This document shows positions 53,501 to 64,000 of a DNA stretch of 64,000 nucleotides, piece by piece. Numbering within the stretch: the stretch's first letter is position 1; each line of letters begins with the position of its first letter. The notes beneath the pieces were generated by a model that ran no database searches, was not told the origin of the DNA, and worked only from the letters and a program-made list of their open reading frames with translations. Source of the DNA: Camelus ferus (Eukaryota); assembly GCF_009834535.1 (NCBI RefSeq), contig NC_045696.1, positions 19,532,001 to 19,596,000 on the forward strand, in the 5' to 3' direction. A program made the position numbers and the translations under genes.

Positions 53501-56115
53501 AACAACTGTACGCCAACAAATTGGATACTCTAGAAAAAATGGACAAATTCCTAGAAACACAAAATGTGTCAAAAATAAATCATCAATAAAAATGAAATCT
53601 GAATAGACATACAACTAGTCAGGTGACTGACTCTGTAATCAAAAAATCAATAATTGAAAAAGAAGAGGGCATATTCCCTAAGTTATCCTATTCAGGCCAG
53701 CATTACTCTGATGACAAAGTCAGAACAAAAGCACTACAAAAACAAGCAAACAAAAAATCTACAGGCAGTATCTTTTTGAACATTTATGTAAACATCTTTA
53801 AAAAAATACTAGCAAACTGAATTCAGTAGTATATCAAAATGATTATACACCATGACCAAGTGGGATTTATTCCTGGAATTCAAAGGTGGTTCAACATACA
53901 AAAATCTATAAATGTAGTACATCACAGTCATCAAAAGAAGGGAAAAAAATATATGATCATCTCAACTAACGCAGAAAAAGCATTTGACAAAATACAACAC
54001 CTTTCATGTACAACCTTAAAAATGTCAGGAATAAAAAGAAACTCTACCAACCATCAACATAATAAAATCCATATATGAAAAAGCCACAAGAAACACCATA
54101 TTCAATGGTAAAAGGCTGAATGTTTTTCCTCTAGATCAGGAACAAGGCAACAATACCTACTTTTGCCGCTTCTATTCAGCATGGTACTAGAAGTTCTAGC
54201 CAGAGTATTTAGGCAAGGGACAGAAATGAAAGAATCCAAATTGGAAAAAAAAAAAGTAAAATTATCTCTATTTACAAATGATATGATCTTGTATGTAGAA
54301 AACCCTGAAGAGTCCATAAAAAATTTTAGATGTAAAAGATGAATTCAATAAAGTAGAAGACTACATAGTCATCACACAAAAACCAATTGCATTTTTACAC
54401 ACTTACAATAAACAATCTGAAATGGAAGATACAAAAACAATTCCATTTACAATAGCATCCAAAAGAATGAAATACTCAAGAATTAACCAACTAAGTAAAA
54501 CTTGTACAATGAAACTATAAAACATTGCTGAGAGAAAAAACATAAATATGTGTAAATATACCCCATGTTCATGGGATTGGAAGATTTAACATTAAGATGT
54601 TAATACTACCCAAAGTGACCTACAAATTCAATGGAATCCATAACAAAATCTCAATGGCATTTTTTTGAATATATAGAAAAACTCATTCTAAAATTCGCCT
54701 GGCATCTCAAGTGACTCCAACTAGCTAAAGCAATCTTTGAAAGAAGAATAGAGTTAAGATTCACACTTTCTGATTTTAAAACTTAACAGTGACCAAAACA
54801 GTGAAGTACTGGCATAGAGACAGCCATAATAGATCAATGAAATAGAATAGAGAGCCCCCAAATAAATCATCACATACGTTATTAAATGATTTTTGACAAA
54901 GGTGCCAAAACCATTCAACAAATGGTGCTGGGAACACTAGATACCCACATGCAAAAGAAGAAAGCAAGACCCTTATTTAAAACCAAATACAAAAATTAAC
55001 TCAAATGGAATGGAACCAAACATAAAAACTATAAAACTCTCCGGAAAAAAAATACAGGGCAAGAGCTTCATGACATGGGATTTGGCAATGTACTCCTTGA
55101 ATATGACACCAAAGGCACAGGCAACAGAAGGAAAAATAAAGTAAAAGCACAGCCTACAGAATGGAGGAAATATTTACAAGCTGTATATCTGGTAAGAGAT
55201 TAATATCCAGAATATATAGAGAACTTTTAAAAATCAACAACAAAACAACCCAATTCAAAAACGGGCAAGAGCACTTAAGTAGACATTTCTCCAAAGTAGA
55301 TGCAGAAATGGCCAATAAGCACATGAAAAGATGCTCAACATCACCCAGGGAACTGCAAGTCCAAACCACATTGAGATACTGTCTCATATCCAGTAGGAAG
55401 ACTACTATTAAAAAAGTAAAATAAAATAGCAAGTGTTGGTGAGGATGTGGAGAAACTGAAACCTTTTGTATTGCTGGTGAAATGCAAAACAGCACAGCTA
55501 TTGTGGAAAACAGCATGGTGGATCTTCAAAAATTTAAGCATAGAATTGCCGTGTGATCCAGCAATTTCACTTATGGGTATACACTCAAATGAATTGCAAG
55601 CAAGGTCTCAAAGAGATATTTGTGCATCCATGCTCATGGCAGCATTATTCATAATATTTAAAAACTGGAAGCAACCTAAATGTCCATAGATGAAAAAATG
55701 GATAAGCAAAATTTTATACATGCATAAAACAGAAAATCATTCAGCCTTAAAAAAGAAAGAAAATTCTGACATATACTACAACATGAATGAACCTTGAGGA
55801 CACTATGCAACGTGAAAGAAACCAACCACAGAGAGACAAGCACTCTATAATTCCACTTACTATGCACTTAGAGTTATCAGAATCACAGATATAGAAAGTG
55901 TAACGGTGGTTCCTAGAGGTCAGAAGGAGAGGGGAATGGGAATTATTGTTAAATGGGCAGAGAATTCCAGTTTTGCGGGATGAAAAGAGTTACAGAGATG
56001 GATGGTGGTGAATGTCGTGTGATGTTATGAGTGTATGTAATACCACCTAAATGTCCACTTAAAAATTGTTAAGTTGATTAATTTCATGTTATGCATATTT
56101 TACCACAAAAGTGAA
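50545..56115 (+). mobile_element. Near full-length degraded L1 (L1MB-like), antisense to NCAM2
   Basis: 5'UTR, ORF1 and ORF2 remnants, including ORF 53839..54078 ([27 protein letters not shown] region) and ORF 55161..55424, followed by a 3'UTR ending ...tattttaccacaaaa. Confidence 0.95.
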
Positions 56116-57484
56116 GGAATAAAAAAGGAAATCTATCTGAGTCTGTGGGCAAGAGACTAGATGGACCAGATTAACACCAAAGTACCTTGTAGTTTTAACA
56201 TACTATAGTGTTATTCTCAGTGTACATGGAAAATAATTTAATTCCTTTCTTCAGGTCTTTCCATGACTTCATCAACACATGGTTCTTTCCACTGCCTATG
56301 AACACTGAAGAGAGAAAAAAATGAAACAACTGGGAAACTACATTTGCAAAGCTGATTTATATTGTGCAAGGATGCAAGAAAATTGCAGTATTTTTCAGTT
56401 TAATTATGTCTCCTCCTTTGATAAAGAAGCAAGTATCTTCAGTTTGCAACTTAACCTCCTCAGCAATTTTTAATATACTCAACTGGTTACATAATATTGT
56501 GTAGTAATAATATTGGTATTTTAATATTATGCAGACACTCTTTATGCAGTAAGATATTTCCATTATGTAAACTGCATTCCCTTCATGATTTTGATGTTTT
56601 GTTACTTTCCAATGGTCATACAAGTGTCAAAGATGTCACATGTGCATTGTTCTTTTTTTCTCTATTTTTTTTTAATTTGTTTATTTTGCTCTTCACTGCT
56701 GCCTCATAGGCTATTATATCATTTAACATGTCTCAGTTTTTATTAATATTGGTTCTGGTTACTTGCATTAATCTTTCATTTCATATTTATGAAGTTGGTC
56801 AATTTAAAGTGCTATTTAATAGAAACAAGGTTTTTTTGGAACTCAAAACAGATAAAAACTTTATCATATGCAAAATTTTAAATGACTGACATAAAGAAAA
56901 GCCAGTTGTATAATTTAATCTTGAAAGAAGGTCTAGCTCATTGGTTATAGTAAACTAAATACATTAGTCAGTTCTTTCCAAATGTGGTTAGTCATTTCCA
57001 ACCTTGAGCATCAGTATACTTAGTAATACTGCCTTGCTACAAAATCTAATCAATATTTTGCATGTTCTTAATTCAGAATTAATAACTAATTGGCCAATAT
57101 TTTCCACATTTTTGTTCCTAATTTGTGAATACAGTAAAGTAGTAGCAAAATTACAATTGTCTGATGAGCACTGAGTTTTAAAATTAAACCTGAGTAAAGC
57201 AGAGTTTTGTTTTATACCATCAGATCACAAGATAGTGAAGATCAAATTGGCCCGTCACGTTGCTTTAAACAAAATTCATGGGAAAAGTTTCCATGGCCAT
57301 CTCAAATTCCATTCTTAGTGAACCCTACTATGAAAGACCTCAGAAATTCAATCAAGTAAATATTACCTTCAATGGAAATAAATACAAAAGAATGAGAAAA
57401 TGTTAACTGAAGTTTTGGTGCAGTATCATTTTGCTTTTCTGTGTTTTCCAACTTTTTGTCAAATAAATCTGATTTTTATGTTCT

Positions 57485-57900
57485 TTTAATTTGACTTTTA
57501 AAATAGATCATATCCATAGGTTCAAAAATATAATGAAATATAAAGATAGACACACAATTCTTCACCTAACCCCTTTCCTCTTTAACCACTTTATTAATTA
57601 CTTGTATTTCTTCATGCAACTATTAACACACATTTTTGTTTCCTTCTTCCTTTTGCAAACTGTACCCTTTTCTGTGTCATGCTTTTATTCTCAAGTTAAT
57701 GCTACATGCAAGGAGTATATTCATGTCACTATGTAGAGAATTTCTTCACTCTTGCTCAAATTGCAGTCTTTTGTGGATAAACTACTGGGTATGTATTAGG
57801 TCACCTGTAGATGGCTACATAGTTACCTATTACAGTCTTTATTCACTGCAACCAATGCTGCAATTAATTATCTCAAAGTAAAAATGATAGGTCAAATGGT
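57485..57900 (-). mobile_element. Ancient L1ME-like 3' fragment
   Basis: Degraded reverse L1ME-type motifs (tcatgtcactatgtagaga, cctgtagatggctacatagtt, accaatgctgcaattaa). Confidence 0.5.
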
Positions 57901-58365
57901 AAATTAATATAAAATGTTGACTGAAGAGGACTAAATTAGATATTACTAATAGCTCTCAGTGGTAAATATGCAATATTCTATTTTAACAATGGATTACTTA
58001 CATAACCAAAAAAATATGAACAAATAACAGAATAAAACAACAGAAATTGAAGTTAATAATTTCATATAATTTAATAAATCTAATTTATAGCTGAATATCT
58101 ACAACCAATAAACCTCCAAATAAAATCTTATTAAAGTCAAGTGCAAAATTACAGTTGAGAGCATGGAAAACATTACTTTCATTTTCTCTTGTTTCTACAG
58201 TAAGAGGGAATAATTAAATAAAAGGCAAAAATTAATATAGAAAATTCTTCAGGTCAAAAAAGAAACAATTTGAAGCTTTTAGACATCTTAAGGGATAATT
58301 TTACCATTAAACATGGCCATTTTTATACTTTTTCACAGTACATTTTATAATTAGCAATATTTTAT

Positions 58366-58956
58366 AGCACAGGTCCTCAAAGTGTGTTTCAAGGACATCT
58401 GAGGTCCCCAACACCCAGTTACAGGATGTATAAGGCCCTCTCTTTTCCAAACACATACCTATGTGAGGATAGGTTTTCTCCTGGAAAACTAAGTTATTGG
58501 ATTAAGCTAATGGAGGAAAAATTCAATAATCTTCTTATCTGGAAGATTCCTTTTCACATTGGCAAAAATGTATCACAAGAGATTGAATGCAGCAGCAGAC
58601 CTGATAATAAGCCTGTCTTCTGTTAACATACACATTAAAGTAACTTGTGAAAATTTTTAAAAAAGGCACTATTCTAGTATTTTTCAAAACGTAGTTATTT
58701 TTAATATGCTATTTAGAATAGCATGCTTATTTTGACAGATTAATAAATTAACACTTTAAACTTAAATATGACTATGCTTCAATAAAAAAGTTTAAAGATT
58801 TGAAAAAATTAAATTAACCAAATATTAAAAAAAGTCTCAGTTTTCATGTCTAATATGATATATATAAATAGGTATTACCCACATAAACAAAACTTTTGGA
58901 GATTTTCATTTTTATAAGTGAAAAGAATTCCTAAGACAAGTTTTCTAATCACCTGG
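58366..58956. mobile_element. hAT-Charlie DNA transposon derivative (Charlie1-like)
   Basis: Terminal tcctcaaagtgtg, internal agattgaatgcagcagcaga...ctgtcttctgttaa and acccacataaacaaaactttt motifs. Confidence 0.7.
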
Positions 58957-59142
58957 GGAACAAAATGAGGTAGAACACAATTTAGTAACTAAACATTTAG
59001 AGAAGTCATATAAAACTGCAAAAAGAAATTTAAATATAAGCCATAGGGTGTGTTTAAGATTATTCTAAATGGATAAAGTTTCAGACCGTATTCCTTGAGA
59101 GTTAGTAATGATCACCTTTGGGAAATTCTGGAGAAAAGTATC

Positions 59143-59729
59143 TGTTGGGAAGTTTGAGTTCAAGGATTTCAGGACTGATCGAGGAAAAAGACACAACAAG
59201 GTAGCAACAGTATACGATGGACTTTATGTGGGTCGCACGTGGACAGGTTGCATAAAGGGTAAGCTCTTTACGGCAGGAGACCTTCCGGAGACAGTGTGCT
59301 TGGGTGAAGGGTCACCGCCTATACGAGGTGGAGAGCAAGGAGACTCCTAGGAGAGAGGGGAGTTGAGGGGTGGGCTTATTTGTCTACGTGAGTGATGTCA
59401 CTCAGCAGCACAGCATGGAGTCTTCCAGCTGGAGCACTCCAAAGAGCAGCAGCGACTTGGGATCCTGCCTAGGCCCAGAGTTTGTCTTCTCTATGGCTGG
59501 CAGAAAATGGATACAGTTTTGAAAGGTGTGCAAAGCAAGGTGATTCTAAGTGGTTAAAACTATGCTTATTGGGGCTATATTTAAAACAATTGGACTTTAA
59601 ATATAAAATACACAAATTTCTGAATTTGGTGCTAGTGTGGTTTTTGAGCTGACAGTCCCAGCTTGCTATGAAGATACAACAACATAAGGACCAATATACA
59701 GGGCCCTTCTTTGACTCCTTTACCTAATA
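59143..59729. mobile_element. Probable ERV-type solo LTR (family uncertain)
   Basis: About 590 bp GC-richer block that begins TGTT and ends TAATA (possible decayed TAACA), sharply bounded against AT-rich flanks. Confidence 0.5.
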
Positions 59730-60869
59730 GGAATGAAGGTACTGTTGGATGTAGGTGGAGATGTCGGAGGAAAAGGGTCTTCTTGGTATTGGAAACTTGT
59801 CAGTTTACTATAAAATCAGAGTACACATCAGAATAAATCATCAAATGATCATATAGCTCATAATTTTTGGAAGTTACTATTAAATGTTTTTTTTTTAAGA
59901 CCAACATAATTGTTTTGTAAGATCAACAGAATCTCCATCTATGATAGCAGAAAGGAAGAAGAGTTGCAGCCTCTTTTATTTTCTCCCCACAAAAGTCTTT
60001 TAATTTTGCTCCATCAACTAAGTTAGATATAGTTGCTCTTAAATACACTACTGTCAAAAATCAGTAAGTAGCCTGAGCTTATCCTAAGTGTGAGCTAAAT
60101 ATTCAGAGTCACACTGGAGTGATAGAGGAATGATCAAAATTGAGTTCTGTATTTCTTTTCAGTTAATATCTTTATTAATTCCTTAGAGTTAAAAAAGAGG
60201 GAGAAAACCCTGATCATATCCATTTCAACAAGTTTAAAAAGAGTATTACAGAGTTCTAGTTCTGGGCAAATTGGCATAACCACACCGCATCTTGTCTCTG
60301 TCACTTAATGCGTTTGGAACACTAAAGCAGAATGCATGGGTAATCTGAAGATTTTGAAATATAAATAGGATCAGGCATATTTCTCTGATCTTACCAAAGT
60401 ATTCTGAAGATACTTTTACTTCTTGTTGCTTCTTGTTATCAATCATGAACTGCAGATTCCTCTGAGCCTACATTCTGCATGTTTCTGAGACAGCTAAAGT
60501 GCTGGCCATGCTTGAGTTTATCGCTTTAGTTCTTTCAAGGTAGCTTTGTAATATCCTGCTGTCAATAATCCAGTGTCGAAACTGGACTACAATTAAATCA
60601 ATTAATTAATAAAAATAAATGAACCTAATTGCAAAGCAAAATGTGTGGACAAAATAAGCAGAAAGTAAAATTTAGACATAGATATGTATAGAAGTCAGAA
60701 ATTAGTTTGAATTCAGTAAAGAATAAGAGACTGAAATATTCTGAGGTCAGGATTTAGGTAAAAGCAGGCAACATCATGTAAACAAATCATATTGCTATGA
60801 TATGTTATTCAAATCCTTAGAATACAGTGTATAATTTTGTTCATGACACTGAAATACATATGCAAGAAT

Positions 60870-63770
60870 TCCATCCAATATATAGAAACAGGTACCCAAT
60901 TTATCCTTATCACTTGAAACAACTGAAAAATCAGACACATTGTGTAAAAGAACAGTTTTCAAGACATTGTCAATCAGTCAAGAAATCAGTCAACAATGAT
61001 CCCTGGAATATGAGAGGAAATGAGATGAGTCCTATTACTGCCCCAGCTTACTGTCTGAAGGAAGTGTCTAATCTGTAGTGTAGGGAGGAGGAGCCCAGGT
61101 GAATTCTAGAAGTCTCCGTGAACTGCGGACGCAGGGCTGGTAGTCCAGGAAAACAAAGGTGTCTGTTGTTCACAGGGCAGAGTGTCAGACAAGACAGAGG
61201 TGGAGAGTGAGGACTTCCTGAGACTTGCAGTGAGTTCCCCTGGGTTCTTCACATGAAACTGATTAGTACAAACATGATACTAAATTGCTGAGGCCAAGGA
61301 AAGAACTACTCAAATTAGAAGGAAGAATTTTCAAAGTGCAATTGGAGCAAAGGGCATGCTCTATTCTCATAAGCCATAATAATAATAATTTTAAAACATC
61401 ATAGTGCATGTCAAATACAGTATTCTGAAAGATTTTATCTCAGAAATGAGGCAAAACAAGCTCTGGAAGATTCTGATCCCACCTAAAAAACTTGAAGGCA
61501 TGAACTGAAAGGATTAAATTATTTGTAACTAACTTATCCTGAATTCCCAGACAAAGATCTGAAATATTTAAAGGAACACAGAAATATTCAACACACTAAA
61601 AGAGGTAAAATTCGTAACATCTGGCATCCAATTTAAAACTATTAACTATGAAAAGAAACAGGAAATATGAGACATGATGAGAAAAATATATAATCAACAA
61701 AGACTAACCCAGAAATGACGTAGATGATAGAATTAGACAAAAACATTAAAGCAGTTATTATAAATGCATTCCATATATTCAAGAATCATCATGTTAGAGG
61801 CTTAAAAGATATTTTAAAAATAAAATTTCTACACATTAAAGCTATAGTGTCTGAAGTCAAAAGTATATGAAATAGGATGAAGTAGATTAAACATTGCAGA
61901 TGAAAAGATTAGTGAACTTGAACATATAGCAATAGAGACTATCCAAAAAGTAATACAGGAAGGAAAAAAAAATAAAAGAAAATAAACAGAACATATGACA
62001 GCTCTGGGATAAGTTCAAAGGGCCTAAAATATGTGAAACTGGAGTCCCAAAGGAGTGTGAGACATAAAATAATATGTGAAGAACTAATGACCAAAACATT
62101 TCTAAGTTTGTCAACAAAATCCAGGCAGAAAAATAATGAAAAAAATCATACCAAAGTATATTATCTCCAAATTGCTTAAAACCAGTGAAAAAGAATCTTC
62201 AAGAATCTGGGAAGACTGGGTAGATGACACACTTTACAAACACAGCACAAAATAAGAATGAGAACAGACTTTTCATCTGAAATAACTCAGGCCAAAAATA
62301 ATGGCTCAGAGTTTTTAAGGTAGTGAAAGGAAAAAAAAAAACAAAAAACCTTGTCCATTTAGAATCCTATAACCAGCAAAATTGTATTTCAAATATGAAG
62401 GGGAAATAAAGACCATCTCAGACATTCAGTAGGTGATGTTAATCATCCCTTGCAGACTTGCACTGTAATAACTGTTAAAGGAACTCATTCAGGCATTTGG
62501 AAACTGATACCAAATAGAAATCTGAATATACATGAAGACATGAAGAGCCATGGAAATGGTAACCATGTGGATAGAAATAAAAGCCTTTTTTAAAAAAATT
62601 AAGTCAAGTTAAGAGCTAATTGACAATTTAAAATGAAAAATAAAAAACAGCAAATGAAGTGTGAAGATACGGTAGGCAGAATAATGCCCTTTCCTCTGCA
62701 AAGATGCCAATGCCCATGGCCCAGACATCTCTGAATACATTCAGTTACAAGGCATAAGAGACTTAGCAGACATAACTAAGATCATAGACATTATCCAGGT
62801 GAGAAAAATTAACAAGCCTTCAAAACCAGAGAACCCAGGTGGAAAGAAGTCAGGACATGCAACAGAAGGGGAAGTCACAAATATTCCAAGTCTGAGATGG
62901 ATTTAAGGCACCATTGCTGGTACTGGAAGAAGAAGCCCAGAGGGTGGCCTCTGAGAGTTAAGTACCACCTCCTCCAGGTGACATGCAGCAAGGAAAAAGT
63001 ACCTTCATTCTATAGAATGAGGATAAATTCTGCCAACAACCTTAATGATAGAAGAGATTCTTCCCCAGAGCCTGCAGCAAGGAGCACAATCCTGCCAACA
63101 CTTCGATTTTATAAAAATTATAAAATAAATAATAATATTATTATATTTCTATAATACCCTGAACAGATCCCAGTTGACCCTACTTGGATTTCTGAACTAC
63201 AAAAACTGTGAAGTTATAAATTTGTGTTGTTTAAAGCCACTGAATTTGTGGTTACTTGTTACTCCAGAAATAGAAAACTAATAGAGTTTATAATTTACGT
63301 AGATGCAAACTAACTGATGATAATAGCACAAAGGCTGGAGGAAGGTATTGTTATTCAATATGTGTAATAATATATCACTTGAAATATGATTTGAAAATCA
63401 ACTACTAAAATAACACATAACAATGAACTATGATCAGTGAGCCAAAGTAAAAAAAGATTGGTAAAAAATATTCCAAAATCTAAATAAGTCAAAAATAGAA
63501 GAAAAAGGGAACAAAAAAGATAACAAAGAAAACAAATAGAAAGAATTAATTCCAACTAAATCAATAAGATATTTAATGTAACTTTTGTAAACATTCCAAT
63601 ACAAAGGTGGAAACTGTTAGAATTTATATATATAAACAAAATAAAACAAAACAAAGACCCAATGATATACTGTCCTTGAAAAACAATTAGTCAAAAATAA
63701 AAGGAAGGAAAAGGTATACCATAAATAAAATAGGGATTAAAAAATAGTAAATAATTATTTTTATATTTTT
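60870..63770 (+). mobile_element. Old L1M (5' region, ORF1, start of ORF2), interrupted by an MLT1 LTR
   Basis: L1M 5' motifs similar to the 45105 copy. ORF1-like gattagtgaacttgaacatatagcaatagagactatcc and ttagaatcctataaccagcaaaattgtatttcaaa. Confidence 0.8.
62668..63285 (+). mobile_element. MaLR solo LTR (MLT1D/E-like) nested in L1
   Basis: Starts ggtaggcagaataatgccc and ends ttgtgttgtttaaagccactgaatttgtggttacttgttac...tagaaaactaata. Confidence 0.85.
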
Positions 63771-64000
63771 TAAAAGAGCCAACCAAATCAACAAACCTCT
63801 GGACAGAATCACCAAAAAGAAAAGAGAGAGGACCATAAAATGAAACAATATATGAAAGAGAAGATGATACAACCAATATCACAGAAATACAAAAGAAAAA
63901 TGAAAATACTATGAACAACTACATGCCAACAAACTGGTCAACCTAGAAGAAACGGACAAGTTTCTGTAGAAATATAGTCACCTAAAGCTGAATCAAGAAG
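63770..64000 (+). mobile_element. Better-preserved L1 ORF2 segment running off the window
   Basis: aaatcaacaaacctctggacaga...actatgaacaactacatgccaacaaactggtcaacctagaagaaacggacaagtttct is L1 ORF2 sequence (YEQLHANKLVNLEETDKF-like). Confidence 0.85.

Noticed and set aside
50545..56115. Potentially active full-length L1
   Set aside because: ORF1 and ORF2 are broken by numerous stops, frameshifts and deletions, and no clear TSD or intact poly(A) tail is present.
60246..60446. ORF with NLQI...SD...RC resembling the upstream NCAM2 Ig2 exon
   Set aside because: Spacing and the remaining residues do not align with recalled NCAM2 Ig2 (NLQILNINKSDEGIYRCEG), and no matching exon boundaries are present. 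The upstream exon evidently lies beyond the window.
831..63918. The many 60-144 aa ORFs in the supplied track as independent genes
   Set aside because: Apart from 10185..10511, which contains NCAM2 exon 9, they are L1/L2/LTR remnants, antisense to exons (10138..10473, 41772..42035), or low-complexity chance ORFs in AT-rich DNA.
1..64000. A novel multi-gene or prokaryote-type system (operon, CRISPR array, defence island)
   Set aside because: The DNA is mammalian intron with four NCAM2 exons. There are no long ORFs, no regularly spaced repeat-spacer arrays and no compositionally foreign block.

Overview
AT-rich mammalian genomic DNA, most likely a cetartiodactyl and possibly a camelid judging from L1 3' ends. 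It lies entirely inside the NCAM2 (neural cell adhesion molecule 2 / OCAM) gene on the minus strand. Four coding exons with canonical AG/GT boundaries are present: 48078-47961, 41918-41757, 39317-39172 and 10424-10274. By recalled human numbering these are exons 6-9, and they encode Ig domains 3 and 4. The rest is intron filled with old repeats (L1, L2, MIR, MLT1/ERV LTRs, hAT DNA transposons, microsatellites). Nearly all ORFs in the supplied track are L1 debris or chance ORFs. The most notable observation is one extra base in exon 7 (GAT GGG GGC CCT g TAT GTC TGC; 162 nt where the flanking exon phases require 161). It shifts the frame and gives a premature TAA at 41800-41798, while all other exons and splice sites are intact. 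It sits beside a G5C3 run, so an assembly error is at least as likely as a real loss-of-function allele. I find no support for a novel multi-gene system. Remaining findings are low-confidence splicing candidates and repeat/rearrangement scars. Repeat family names and boundaries are by eye and approximate.
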